IMG/VR virus record: IMGVR_UViG_3300027816_000081
Coordinates: 1 to 64,000 of that record
DNA: 64,000 nucleotides
Source of the DNA: a virus
Direction: 5' to 3' (one strand)
The position numbers and the translations under genes were made by a program. Position 1 is the first letter of the stretch; each line of letters starts with the position of its first letter. The notes under the pieces were generated by a model. It was not told where the DNA came from, ran no database searches, and saw only the letters and a list, made by a program, of their open reading frames with translations. Below are positions 1 to 10,086 of this stretch, piece after piece.

Positions 1-557
1 GGCTGGAATACAAAGTTACCCGAGTGAGTTGAGTGATCACCAAAATAAATCTTAAGATCACCATTGTCAGTCTTAGTAACGAAGTTTAGTTCTTCACTGT
101 TAGCACTAGCCTGCTTCTTAAGACGCATGATACCAGCAACAGTAGGCTCAAACTCAACGTCCCAGGTTGCACCCTTGAATGTGACTGTCTTGACCTTATC
201 GTCTACGATAGCACGGCTCATAAGACGATAATCGTTTACGAAGTCGCCTACTTGAGTTTCAAAGTGAATGGTTGTCGGAACCTGAACTCCATTCTCATCC
301 TTCTTATTGACAGTGATCTTTGCATTGTCGTCATAATCATCAAAGCTCAAGATAGTCTTAAGCTTAGAAAGGTTGGGCATACCAAAGACGCCCTGAAAAC
401 CATCAATTGGGGTCTTAAACGTACCAGTAACAATAACAGTCTTGTCTTCGGCATATGCGGAAATCTTAGTTTCAGTGTCAGTACCCTCAACCTTAACTAA
501 TTCAATAACGCCTAATCCATATGTATGCTGGATCAAATCAAGTAAATAATCTTTCAT
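1..557 (-). CDS. DNA polymerase sliding clamp (T4 gp45-like), 3' end truncated by window
   Basis: Not in ORF track; read manually from ATG at 557: MKDYLLDLIQHTYGLGVIELVKVEG...GVFGMPNLSKLKTIL...FVNDYRLMS; directly downstream of the polymerase. Confidence 0.7.
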   Translation of the reverse strand, partial: MKDYLLDLIQHTYGLGVIELVKVEGTDTETKISAYAEDKTVIVTGTFKTPIDGFQGVFGMPNLSKLKTILSFDDYDDNAKITVNKKDENGVQVPTTIHFETQVGDFVNDYRLMSRAIVDDKVKTVTFKGATWDVEFEPTVAGIMRLKKQASANSEELNFVTKTDNGDLKIYFGDHSTHSGNFVFQ

Positions 558-632
558 GTTTTTTCCTTTTAAGTATTTAGGTAATTCTATAGTGTATAAT
601 AGTGGAATTCTTTGCAAAAAGCAACAATCTTG

Positions 633-3350
633 TTATCCGAAATTGAACAAGTCACCTACGGTGCTGTTAGTATTAGTGTCTTGACGAATCTTCCAATTCA
701 ATACACCTAGCAAGTTGTCAATCTTTTCATCAACAAGCTTTCGTTCCATGTCAAGATCATCAAATGGAAGATCAATGAACCATTGCGGAAGTCTTAGTTC
801 ATCTGTCGGATAAGCAACGCTTGTGAATCCGAGAGGATTATCCTTCAAGCTGCAAACAATAACCTTCATGCCATCAACGATCTTTTGACTATATTGATCA
901 TTGTTCATCTTGCGAAGATAGTTATAGTTCAACGCTGCCCTAACGTGACCGGGCATGTTTGCTTTACCAGTCTTGCTTCGTGATTCAAGTTCCCCATAAT
1001 ATGTGAGTTTATTAACCGACTTTGGAGAACCCTTAGACCAAGAATCCTGCTCACTGAGCCAACGCTTGAATGTTCTGATCTTTTCGATAACTTCATCACG
1101 CGGCGCACCACCAAGAACCATAGTCAAGACTTCCATCAAGAATTCCTGAACATATTTGGGAGTATCTGCTCTCTTAAGATCAAGACCCATAGCCTTAATC
1201 TTACCCATCTTACCATCTAAGTCTTGTCGCTTACCTTCAAGATCATAAATGTTGATTGCATAACGCTTCTTAGTGATAAAGAGAGTGCGGTCACCGATAA
1301 GTTCACGACCAGCTTTAATAACTTCGCCGTTCTTACGTGGGCAATGAAATGCACGTTCCATGAAAGCAGGGAAGCTATCGTTAGTAATTTCTGCAATCTG
1401 ATCATATAGTTGGATGCAACTATCCTTGTCCCATGTTAATTGACCACTATCAATCTGATCTTTCAGAATAGGATAAGCTGAGAAATAACAGGAGTCAGTA
1501 TCACCATACACAATAGCGTCGCCGTCGTGTTCATACTTTTCCGTGATGATTTCGTTTATCTGGCTCATCATATGCTTAGTGATTTGACGACCAGACAACG
1601 TAACTGACTGCCCGATTCTTTTATCGTAGAAACGACAATGCTCATTCAAAAGTGCGCCATATGCAGAGTTGAGCAAAATCTTACGAACTAGCTGACGCTT
1701 ATCGTAATACTCAAACTTGTCTGTGCCATATGCAGCCTTTGCTTCTTTCTGAATACTCTTACGTTCTGAATACCAGCGTGAAAGCAATCCTGGGATAACA
1801 CCCTCTTTCTCATATGTAAAGATTGTACCATTAGCACTAATGATCCAGGGGCGACGGCTGTCAAAGATTAGTTTCCAAATCTCTGCGGCACTCATTTCTA
1901 CACTACGACCATCTTCATAGTCAATAGTAAGTATAGTTCCACGCTCTTGATTCATAATAGCAGTATATTCTAATGAACCGAATAGATTTTCCCAAAGAAT
2001 AGCGCCAGTGACCGCATCAGCATCGTCACCGTTCTTTTTCTTGCGCTTATCCTTTGCTAGTGCAATACTCTTTTCATGCATGTATTGTTCGGTCAATGAT
2101 TGGCGAACTTGACCCACGATAGTTTCGGGAGCCATATTCAGCGCACGAATAGCAGATGGATACAGTGAGTTAATGTCAACTGCGCCGACCCATTCATGAA
2201 TGCCCTTCTTAGGCACTGCAACATATGCACCTGCTGCTTGCTGTTCCTCACCAAAACTATCTTTTCGTTTCTTGTCAGGCACAATCATATCACGACTATG
2301 CGCTTCATTATAGATAGCCATTTCAATCATTGCCACCGAACCCATAACAGTGGGAAGCAGCACAGTATTTTCATGTGCTAGAGCGTTAGCAAGATCAAGG
2401 AACTTCAACTTATTGTGAATCTTAACCATCAACATAGTATCCTGACGGTTATACTCTACAAACTTCTTAAAGTCCTTATTGTATAACTGATCAAGGCTAC
2501 CTTCGTATTGAGTCTTGCGTTCGCCAACTTCCATTTCACCGATTGCATCTAGTGAATAGCTGTGGCGACTTTCATAGTTGTACTTCTTGTAAAGCTGTAG
2601 ATAGTCCATGTGAATACGACCAACTAAGTCGTAAGTCTGTTCTTCCTTACCAAAACGTTCATAAGTACGCATCTTTGGCATTTGTCCAAGCAGACAAAAT
2701 TTGCGAGTATCATCCTTACTCATAATACGAGTAACACGATTCACACAATAGGGAATATCGTATCCTTCCGAGTTCCAGCCTGTAAGAACGTCTGCATCTT
2801 CAATCAATGCAAAGAACGTTTCAAACATTTCAATTTCACTGCGGAATAGCAAACAGTTTTCAAACTCTGCTGTTAGTTCCTGTGCAGTCTCGTCACTCAT
2901 ATGCTTTGGAGGCATAACGAGCGTGATTAATTGATCTAGCCAATCCAAATACAATGAAATAGCAGTTACAGCATTGAACGGATCATCAGTAGGACTAAAA
3001 CCTCGTTCGGGGTCAAAGTCCACTTCAATATCAAAGAATGCTGTGTGTAGCTTGGGAGGTTCAACGTTCAGATAGTTATCACTCAAACATCTGAAAACAA
3101 CAGGAATATCACTCTCAAAAAGAGTCTTTCCTTTGTGTATTCTTTTCTCCTTCTCAAACTCATCTTTCTTGCGAGTAGAGAATCTAGTTACAGGATCACC
3201 AAAGATACTACGATACTTACCCTTAGGGTCACTGTAGTAAAATGTGTAGTTGGTAGGATATTCTTTGTAAAGACGCTTTCCCTCAGGGCTGCGCTCTACA
3301 ACAAATATCCTATCAGCTTTGGCATCAAGTACGGCGTCAATGTATGACAT
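633..3350 (-). CDS. Family B DNA polymerase (T4 gp43-like)
   Basis: Exo motifs FFDIEV, GWNSEGYDIPY, YNRQD; polymerase motifs DINSLYPS, KILLNSAYG, YGDTDS; C-terminal clamp-binding-like LFNFG. Confidence 0.97.
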   Translation of the reverse strand: MSYIDAVLDAKADRIFVVERSPEGKRLYKEYPTNYTFYYSDPKGKYRSIFGDPVTRFSTRKKDEFEKEKRIHKGKTLFESDIPVVFRCLSDNYLNVEPPKLHTAFFDIEVDFDPERGFSPTDDPFNAVTAISLYLDWLDQLITLVMPPKHMSDETAQELTAEFENCLLFRSEIEMFETFFALIEDADVLTGWNSEGYDIPYCVNRVTRIMSKDDTRKFCLLGQMPKMRTYERFGKEEQTYDLVGRIHMDYLQLYKKYNYESRHSYSLDAIGEMEVGERKTQYEGSLDQLYNKDFKKFVEYNRQDTMLMVKIHNKLKFLDLANALAHENTVLLPTVMGSVAMIEMAIYNEAHSRDMIVPDKKRKDSFGEEQQAAGAYVAVPKKGIHEWVGAVDINSLYPSAIRALNMAPETIVGQVRQSLTEQYMHEKSIALAKDKRKKKNGDDADAVTGAILWENLFGSLEYTAIMNQERGTILTIDYEDGRSVEMSAAEIWKLIFDSRRPWIISANGTIFTYEKEGVIPGLLSRWYSERKSIQKEAKAAYGTDKFEYYDKRQLVRKILLNSAYGALLNEHCRFYDKRIGQSVTLSGRQITKHMMSQINEIITEKYEHDGDAIVYGDTDSCYFSAYPILKDQIDSGQLTWDKDSCIQLYDQIAEITNDSFPAFMERAFHCPRKNGEVIKAGRELIGDRTLFITKKRYAINIYDLEGKRQDLDGKMGKIKAMGLDLKRADTPKYVQEFLMEVLTMVLGGAPRDEVIEKIRTFKRWLSEQDSWSKGSPKSVNKLTYYGELESRSKTGKANMPGHVRAALNYNYLRKMNNDQYSQKIVDGMKVIVCSLKDNPLGFTSVAYPTDELRLPQWFIDLPFDDLDMERKLVDEKIDNLLGVLNWKIRQDTNTNSTVGDLFNFG

Positions 3351-3353
3351 TAA

Positions 3354-3608
3354 TTAGGCTTTACCTACCGTTTGTAGAATTGTGTTGAGTTCTTCGTTAG
3401 CTTCGTTTTCTTCGTTAAGACGCTGCTTATGTGCAATCTTAATAGCCTTCTTGAGTACAGAGGGCTTTACTTCAAGTTCTTCTGCAATAGCCTTGATAGT
3501 GTCATTCAATCCTTCGTTAAGTGTTTCTACCTCAACAAGGACCGAAATACCTTCATTAATAAGCTGAGTCAGCTTAACCTTAGCTTCTGCGTTAAAAGTT
3601 CTAGACAT
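3354..3608 (-). CDS. dsDNA-binding protein, T4 DsbA-like
   Basis: 84 aa helical; IKAIAEELEVKPSVLKKAIKIAHKQ resembles DsbA; SD AAGGAG upstream. Confidence 0.65.
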   Translation of the reverse strand: MSRTFNAEAKVKLTQLINEGISVLVEVETLNEGLNDTIKAIAEELEVKPSVLKKAIKIAHKQRLNEENEANEELNTILQTVGKA

Positions 3609-3629
3609 GTGTTCTCCTTTAGTGTCTTT

Positions 3630-3658
3630 ATTATATAGTAGCCGTGGATATAGGTCAA
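3630..3658 (-). promoter_or_regulatory. sigma70-type early promoter for dsbA-pol
   Basis: TTGACC-17 nt-TATAAT on minus strand. Confidence 0.75.
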
Positions 3659-3684
3659 GGATTTGTTTGGGTTAATTGACCGTT

Positions 3685-4401
3685 TTACTGGAAGATTTGG
3701 CGATTGTCTTTGCCGTAGATTTTGATGTATTTGCCCGCAAGCATATCGGCCATCGCTTCAATTGGGCTACCAGGATAGCTTGATCCAGGCTTGATCATTC
3801 CTAACTCGCCTTGGCGAACGTGTACGAGTTCATGAAACACAGTGCGTAAGATATCTACGAGATTGCGATTTTTGGCATAGACCCAAACGCTATCTTCACC
3901 CTCAACATGCCGACCGGTATGATGGTTAACTTGGGCCTCTTCGGTATCCATACTCAATTCAATCTTTGGAACCTTATTAAGATGTAATCTTTTGGCAGTC
4001 CAATCAACGAACTTAGCTACCTCTTGTTCAAGGTCCGAATCAACCGAATCAGTTTCATCAAGTTTACCCTTGATCCAACTATCAGGAGTCTTGTGATATT
4101 TCTTTTTGAATAGGTCGTGTAATGCTTTGCCCGTAATCTTATGTTTATGAGCAATCTTTTTCATTAACGTATCAATGGTATTATAGTCATGTTTTGCAAG
4201 TGAGGGCAATCTTTTAGCTAATTCAACTTCGGGCGACTCATTTACGCTTTCACCGCCCCCGCCATCGCCACCGGCGTCACCGCTAGAATCGCCGGTACCA
4301 AAAAAGGCATATCCCGGAAAGAAATAACCACCGTATGCACGGCGAGATTTGGTTTTTCTGCGCTTTTTCTTGCGCTCGGTAATGAATTCGGTGGCTCTCA
4401 T
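3685..4401 (-). CDS. Putative virion-internal protein with C-terminal HExxH zinc metallopeptidase domain
   Basis: Likely start MRATEFITE (ATG 4401, 5 nt after late promoter); LRTVFHELVHVRQ...SPIEAMAD. Confidence 0.7.
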   Translation of the reverse strand: MRATEFITERKKKRRKTKSRRAYGGYFFPGYAFFGTGDSSGDAGGDGGGGESVNESPEVELAKRLPSLAKHDYNTIDTLMKKIAHKHKITGKALHDLFKKKYHKTPDSWIKGKLDETDSVDSDLEQEVAKFVDWTAKRLHLNKVPKIELSMDTEEAQVNHHTGRHVEGEDSVWVYAKNRNLVDILRTVFHELVHVRQGELGMIKPGSSYPGSPIEAMADMLAGKYIKIYGKDNRQIFQ

Positions 4402-4406
4402 ATATG

Positions 4407-4414
4407 TATTTATC
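4407..4414 (-). promoter_or_regulatory. T4-type late promoter (GATAAATA)
   Basis: Motif recurs upstream of many structural/late genes (e.g. near 11096, 19606, 22363, 27794, 34192, 44088, 47807, 48612, 50564, 56132; + strand at 54308, 59373). Confidence 0.7.
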
Positions 4415-4427
4415 ATTTGGATATGGT

Positions 4428-4455
4428 AATGGCGACGAATTTCGCCGCCGCCATT
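4428..4455 (-). terminator. Hairpin downstream of the outer-membrane protein gene
   Basis: Inverted repeat aatggcg...cgccatt. Confidence 0.4.
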
Positions 4456-4470
4456 CCATTCAGTCAGTTA

Positions 4471-4980
4471 TTAGAAACGAAGACCGAAACCAACGAGTCC
4501 GCCGTGACGACCAACATTGCCGTCAAAGTCAGAGTAGCGATACTCAGCCTTAACAAATGTTGAGCCAACAAGCTTCACTTCAAGACCGCCACCTACAGTG
4601 AGACCTTCCAAGTTTGCAGTGTTACGGCAAACTACTGGACGAGTTCCAGTGCAAGTCTGAGGGCGCTCAAGATTGTTGTAGCCGACGCGGGTATAAGCAA
4701 GAACATTCTTGTTCAAGACATAACCGAGACGAGCAGCAGCACCAAGGTCTGCACGGTCAAAGACGTTAGCAGCAGTAGCTTCTGCACCAACAACTACCTT
4801 GCCGAACTGAAGGTCATAGCCAAGGGCTGCGCCATAAGCAATGTCAGTTGCGTCAACACCACCGGTAACGTCATCAGCTCCAGCGGTAACCTCAAAACGA
4901 GGACCCTGGAAGTCATTAGCCATTGCAGGGGTAGTAAAAGCAGCAGTTGCGAGTGCTGCGAGTGCGATTAACTTCTTCAT
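4471..4980 (-). CDS. Outer-membrane beta-barrel protein (8-stranded, Omp25/OmpA-like)
   Basis: Ala-rich signal peptide ending AMA; GYDLQFG, VVGAE, ARLGY, KAEYRYSDF; terminal GLRF beta-signal. Confidence 0.85.
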   Translation of the reverse strand: MKKLIALAALATAAFTTPAMANDFQGPRFEVTAGADDVTGGVDATDIAYGAALGYDLQFGKVVVGAEATAANVFDRADLGAAARLGYVLNKNVLAYTRVGYNNLERPQTCTGTRPVVCRNTANLEGLTVGGGLEVKLVGSTFVKAEYRYSDFDGNVGRHGGLVGFGLRF

Positions 4981-5076
4981 ACTTTTTGTTTTCCTTTTAA
5001 GTTTGAAAATCTGACATTTTCATGTCAGTGTTATATTTACAACATAACTGTGTCTGTGTCAAAATTATTGGGCAAC

Positions 5077-7128
5077 TTACTTTGAAGTTGCCCTGTACAC
5101 TCCATCCCACTTAGCGGGAGGATTGTTCTTAAATTCTTCAATTCGTTCAATCATCATATCGTAATACTGAACCATTTCTCCTCGCCAATGATGTTTTAAA
5201 ATAGTTGCTTGCTTTTCAGCAGCATCCCAATGACCTTGACGATAAAGCTCCAAAAACTTGATATGGGTAGTCTCTGCTAATATTTCATGGAAAGGTAAAA
5301 CTGTGTATATTTTAGCAGGTTCAGTCTTACCTTTAACTGCAATCAAGTCTAGTTCTATAATTTGATATTCATCTTTGACACAACTTGCTGTTTTGGGTCC
5401 GATAACAATTTTGACACCATAGGGCTTAGATTGTCCTTCAAGTCTTGAAGCGAGATTAACCCCATCACCAAGGCAAGTGTAGTCAAAACGCTGGTCAGAA
5501 CCCATGTTACCAACAACAACGGTGTCAGTATTAATGCCAAGGCCCATACCAAAAGCGGGGATACCTTCTTGTCTGATTTCATTATTGAAGTCCTCCAATG
5601 ATTTGAGCATAGTAAATGCTGTTATAACCGCATCCTTAGCGTGTTGTGGATTGTCTAATGGTGCATTCCAAAACGCCATTTGTGCGTCACCGATATACTT
5701 GTCTAATGTACCCTTATTCTCTAGAATAGCTTTGGTCATAGCAGTCATATACCGATTCATGATGCTTGTCAAGCCCTGAACATCTTTACCGTAGTGTTCA
5801 CTAATAGTTGTGAATCCACGAACATCAGTAAACATGATTGTCAATTCTTGCTCTGTACCACCAAGCTTCAATAGTTCTGGTTGACGCTGTAGTTGTGCAA
5901 CAAGATCAGGACTTAGATATGTACCAAACTGCTTCTTAATCTGTTGCTTCTGTAAGTACTCGCTGATAAACTTAACAGTATAGATGTGCAGATAGATTAC
6001 TAATGCAGCCAAAACGTTGAAAGAAATATCAAATAATATCTTGTTATGGGTAAATAGATATATCGGAGCGTAAACATAGCCTGCTAGTAATATGCCGATC
6101 CAAACAATTGAGTATCTTACTCTTGACAGTAAGATAATCAAAACTGAGAGGACAACAAATGCCAAAAGATCAGCAAGATCCACCCAATTCGGAATTGACA
6201 CCGAATCTCCCTTTATTAGAGTCTCAAGAAGACTGGCCTGAACCGTGTGAGGCATTTGGGCACCAGACGGAGTTGCTACTGGGTTTGCAACGCCTTTCGC
6301 GGTCACTCCGAGAACAACAATTTTCCCATCCAGACGAGGAATATCGCCGCCTACTTCAACAGATTGAAATTGGTAATTTGGGTTCATAAACACCCTGCCA
6401 TATTCGTCGGTCTTAATTATACCATACTGAGGAACACGTAATGCTTCAACACCCGTCTGATTTATCTTCGCTTGATATGAAGGATCTCCCGCAGCAACTC
6501 TCAAAAGTTCTAAAGAAAACGCAGGATAATATTCGCCATTTGAAATCCCTAATAAAGGCACTCGGCGAGTTACCCCGTCCGTCTCAGGAAGAGAAGATGT
6601 TATACCGACGCCTACAGCAGACGCTTGAAGTACTGGAATGTTATCAAGCACACATGGATAGTTCGGAAGAAAATCAGTGGGTTGTCCGTCACCGACTACA
6701 GCAATACCTGTGCGGCGAGGGAGACGATTATCCGTAGAGCATTCTTCTACAAGCGTTTGACTTAACACAACCGGATACTGTTTTAATGTCTCAGCAAGTT
6801 TTACATCAGTGCCCATCCTATCAGGTTCAGACATAAGAATAGTAGTACCAACAAGACCAGCGCCGTTATCATAAAGTTCTCTAATAATCTCACCGTATGT
6901 TTCACGAGAGAACGGATATTGTCCATATTTTTCAATTGCTTTCTCCCCAATATTTGCTACTACAATTTGCTCTGACTTAACTGGTTCACCCAGCATCAGA
7001 TAATCGTAATATTTCAGTTTCATACTGTCAACAAGGAACGGATTCATCAACTTCACTAATAGTAATAGTGATAATGTAGCTAATGCTAGCCAGGGCGAAA
7101 GTAAGATTTTATTCAGTTTGTTTAACAT
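5077..7128 (-). CDS. CHASE2-domain class III adenylate cyclase
   Basis: N-terminal TM, CHASE2 (GQYPFSR, DGVTRRVPL), 3 TMs, cyclase motifs MFTDVRGFT, DKYIGDA, GNMGS..RFDYTCLGDGVNLASRLEG. Confidence 0.95.
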   Translation of the reverse strand: MLNKLNKILLSPWLALATLSLLLLVKLMNPFLVDSMKLKYYDYLMLGEPVKSEQIVVANIGEKAIEKYGQYPFSRETYGEIIRELYDNGAGLVGTTILMSEPDRMGTDVKLAETLKQYPVVLSQTLVEECSTDNRLPRRTGIAVVGDGQPTDFLPNYPCVLDNIPVLQASAVGVGITSSLPETDGVTRRVPLLGISNGEYYPAFSLELLRVAAGDPSYQAKINQTGVEALRVPQYGIIKTDEYGRVFMNPNYQFQSVEVGGDIPRLDGKIVVLGVTAKGVANPVATPSGAQMPHTVQASLLETLIKGDSVSIPNWVDLADLLAFVVLSVLIILLSRVRYSIVWIGILLAGYVYAPIYLFTHNKILFDISFNVLAALVIYLHIYTVKFISEYLQKQQIKKQFGTYLSPDLVAQLQRQPELLKLGGTEQELTIMFTDVRGFTTISEHYGKDVQGLTSIMNRYMTAMTKAILENKGTLDKYIGDAQMAFWNAPLDNPQHAKDAVITAFTMLKSLEDFNNEIRQEGIPAFGMGLGINTDTVVVGNMGSDQRFDYTCLGDGVNLASRLEGQSKPYGVKIVIGPKTASCVKDEYQIIELDLIAVKGKTEPAKIYTVLPFHEILAETTHIKFLELYRQGHWDAAEKQATILKHHWRGEMVQYYDMMIERIEEFKNNPPAKWDGVYRATSK

Positions 7129-8197
7129 TGATTATAGTTCCTCCAGCTGGCTCGTTTATTTCAATCAAAAACGCTTTTCCATTACTATCTATATACAACG
7201 ACTTCCCTACATCCTTCTGCACAACAAAGTCAACTGTTGAGTTGAGAGTTCTAACAAGACGTAAATAATCACCTGATATGATAGTAGTTATCTGTGTAGT
7301 ATTGTTAAGTCCAAATGTAGTACCACACAACTTTGTATTATCTTTAGTAACACAATCAGTTGTACTTATATCATCAAGAAAATCTTCTCCTAGAAAATCA
7401 CTATTGATAGCGTTAATATCAAGGTCTGAACTAGCAAGTTGTTCCTCTGTCAAATCATTTGTAGCAAGAAAATCAACATCAAGTTCGGTTAAATCTAATA
7501 TGTTGTTTCTACTATCTTCTGAATCCTCACTAGTGCGAACTTCTTCGGCGGGCGAGACAATCAACATATTATCAATTTGATCTAGTGTAAGATTCAATAT
7601 GACCGGGCGTGAAGGTTTACTGTCTGTAGTAGATATGATAGTTGCTTGAAATGCTTTGGTAAGAATAACAGTACCCGCTGCGTTTGAAACAATGATTTCT
7701 CCTACTGAGCCATTTGGTTCTGGTAAAAGAATAACCAAACTTTTGCCGAAATCATCTACTGTTGCAGCAAAATCAGTTCCTCTCACTGCAATAGTAGCAG
7801 TTGGTGTGCGTAGATTAATATTACTCTTGTTGATCTTTCCTGACTGACCCGTAGCAAATCTAACAGTCCCTGACGCAAACTTGAGGGCCATTCTGCTAGT
7901 AGAAGGTTTGCCGCTGTAAACAAAATCATCAATTACTAATTTGGATTGTTCGGTGACTTTAACGGTAGAGTCATCCACAAACGTGATTTCAACTCTACCG
8001 TTACCGGTCTGTACCCTATCCATTTTAGAAATGGGTAACTGCGGGCGTGTAGGGACACGTTGAGCGTTCTTCACAACTTCACTCGTCCCGCGATTTTGTG
8101 TTACCTTTCCAATATTAGCATGGGCCGAGGGCGTTACACTGATTAATAGTAATAGTGCTGCCGTTGCTTGTGCTATTGATCTTAAGTGTATCAACAT
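7109..8197 (-). CDS. Exported FecR-domain protein
   Basis: Signal peptide (AHA), DRVQTGNGRVEITFVDDSTVKV, TPTATIAVRGTDF. Confidence 0.9.
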   Translation of the reverse strand: MLIHLRSIAQATAALLLLISVTPSAHANIGKVTQNRGTSEVVKNAQRVPTRPQLPISKMDRVQTGNGRVEITFVDDSTVKVTEQSKLVIDDFVYSGKPSTSRMALKFASGTVRFATGQSGKINKSNINLRTPTATIAVRGTDFAATVDDFGKSLVILLPEPNGSVGEIIVSNAAGTVILTKAFQATIISTTDSKPSRPVILNLTLDQIDNMLIVSPAEEVRTSEDSEDSRNNILDLTELDVDFLATNDLTEEQLASSDLDINAINSDFLGEDFLDDISTTDCVTKDNTKLCGTTFGLNNTTQITTIISGDYLRLVRTLNSTVDFVVQKDVGKSLYIDSNGKAFLIEINEPAGGTIINVKQTE

Positions 8198-8810
8198 TCG
8201 ATGTACTCTGCTGGTTTATCGTTACATTATTGGTGTTTCCTGTAAGAACCATTTCAATGTTCTTTCCGGCTGTTCCATTCTGTAATGTAGTGATGTTGTT
8301 TCCGTCACCCATGATAGTTTTAGTATTGACAACATCATCTGCGTTTATTGTAGAGGTAAGTGTATTTGTATCACCCGTTAATGTGATATTCTGAACCGCA
8401 TTAGTTGCAGAAGATGTTGTACCTTGGTTAAAGACAAGACTGTTGGAATCACCGGCAACTGTGAGTGTCTTTGTAGATCCTGCAATAGTTGCGGCACTTC
8501 CTAAGTCATAGGTTAGTGAGTTGTTATCACCCGTCACAGTAGTATCAATGTTTATATTATCTGCTTGGATGATAGAACCCTGCACAGAATTATTGTTACC
8601 TTCCTGTGTTATTGTAATTGTTTGATTATTGCCTTCAAGTACTACACGGTTAGCTTCGGTACCTATTTTGTTACTTTGCCCTTTTTGTGTAATATCAATT
8701 GTGCTGGTATCACCTACTTGCTCAATATAAACTGAGTTAGTTGTTGATTGTGCGAAAGATAGTGTGCTGGTCATCAGTGCGATGACAAAAAGCATTAGTT
8801 TGTTTTTCAT
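8115..8810 (-). CDS. Curlin-repeat (CsgA/CsgB-like) secreted protein
   Basis: Signal peptide, repeated I-x-Q-x-G-x-x-N units (IEQVGD, ITQKGQSN, ITQEGNNN), Asn/Thr rich; downstream of csgG. Confidence 0.8.
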   Translation of the reverse strand: MKNKLMLFVIALMTSTLSFAQSTTNSVYIEQVGDTSTIDITQKGQSNKIGTEANRVVLEGNNQTITITQEGNNNSVQGSIIQADNINIDTTVTGDNNSLTYDLGSAATIAGSTKTLTVAGDSNSLVFNQGTTSSATNAVQNITLTGDTNTLTSTINADDVVNTKTIMGDGNNITTLQNGTAGKNIEMVLTGNTNNVTINQQSTSNVDTLKINSTSNGSTITINQCNALGPC

Positions 8811-9628
8811 TGTTTTGTTTCCCCTGTTACCGATAGATCGTATTCAATCTTCGGCGCAACTTTAAAATATCCCTTTTCTATTCCTTGTTTTACCATTTGT
8901 AAAACTGCTTCTTCAATTGCCATCTTGACTGCCATTGTGTTAGCTTCATTTTCAGTCATTCCGGCTTCTGCTTCAATTAATTTAGTGCCAACATCTACGA
9001 ACTTAAACACTGACAGGTCTCTGCCTACAGATAATACAGTTTTTGAGACTTGTACGTTAAGTATTACTTCACCTGTGTTAGTACTAACTGCACGCAATGA
9101 CACTACCACTTGATCTTTTCTATAAACTGTTGAACCGCCGATGCCCAAATATCTTGCGCCCGCGCCACCTGTCTGGATGTTAGTATCATAGCCAATGATG
9201 CCACCTTGGATGATCAATCCAGCAAATAGCATAGGATCAAGCTTATTTTCCCCCTCGCCCGAATATTCTTCACGAGTTTGACGAACAATTTGGCGTTCTC
9301 TTGCTAGGTCGTCTACTCTGTTGCGTTCTACTACTCTGAACCAAGTGCCTCCACCTGCGTCCTTCAACGCAGAAATCAATAATGGGGCACCGCCTTGTGT
9401 AACAGCAGTTGAGATACTAGCAATACCATCTTTGTCTTTGCGTTGACCAGTTAAATCAGGAAACTCATATACCGCTACTACTGCCTGTCTTTCGGGTGCC
9501 GGTAATGTGTATAGTTCGTTTACTTGAGTAGTTAATCTTGTGGGATTATCCTTTATTTCAAGTATGCCTGACCCAGTGGACATGCATCCGGACAATAATA
9601 AGGGTAATATCAATATCTTATAGTTCAT
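8807..9628 (-). CDS. csgG: Curli secretion channel lipoprotein CsgG
   Basis: Lipobox LLSGC; VAVYEFPDLTGQRK, STAVTQG, WFRVVER, ERQIVR, GGIIGYDTN..TGGAGARYLGIG. Confidence 0.95.
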   Translation of the reverse strand: MNYKILILPLLLSGCMSTGSGILEIKDNPTRLTTQVNELYTLPAPERQAVVAVYEFPDLTGQRKDKDGIASISTAVTQGGAPLLISALKDAGGGTWFRVVERNRVDDLARERQIVRQTREEYSGEGENKLDPMLFAGLIIQGGIIGYDTNIQTGGAGARYLGIGGSTVYRKDQVVVSLRAVSTNTGEVILNVQVSKTVLSVGRDLSVFKFVDVGTKLIEAEAGMTENEANTMAVKMAIEEAVLQMVKQGIEKGYFKVAPKIEYDLSVTGETKQ

Positions 9629-10071
9629 TACCATTTAAATCCAGTAGTAGGAACTATGATTTCTGTTTGGTTGCCATCAGCGTCAGTGATTACTAGCTTT
9701 ATTTCTGTGTCTGTTTTTTCGTATCTGATTATGTTGCCTTCAAGTGTAAACTCCCCACGCTGTCCCCCCATTGAACCAAATAAGTTGTTGGTCAATTGTT
9801 GAGCTAATTGAGAGTAGATACGAGACTGCAAGTTGTTTAGAAAACGGTTTAAGATGGAGTTCTTTTCTTCTAGTGCTTTTGCTTTAAGATCAGCCTCTAT
9901 CTTATCCTGAATAGCCTTCTTTCTAGTAGCTTCCTGATTTTCAATTGTTAACCAGTGTGCTCCGGTGTTAACTCCCGAAAATGATGGGTTTTTAAATTGG
10001 AATACTATCTCGGTAGCCTGTGCAGGAGTGCTTACTAAGAGTCCTAATAATAGTGTTACTCGTTTCAGCAT
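9628..10071 (-). CDS. csgF: Curli assembly protein CsgF
   Basis: Signal peptide, mature N-terminus TEIVFQFKNPSFSG, FLNNLQSRIYSQL; adjacent to csgG. Confidence 0.9.
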   Translation of the reverse strand: MLKRVTLLLGLLVSTPAQATEIVFQFKNPSFSGVNTGAHWLTIENQEATRKKAIQDKIEADLKAKALEEKNSILNRFLNNLQSRIYSQLAQQLTNNLFGSMGGQRGEFTLEGNIIRYEKTDTEIKLVITDADGNQTEIIVPTTGFKW

Positions 10072-10086
10072 TTTTCCTGTACACCT

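Noticed and set aside
633-3350. Intein or intron in the polymerase
   Set aside because: Continuous ORF of normal size; the insert after motif A lacks intein terminal or LAGLIDADG motifs
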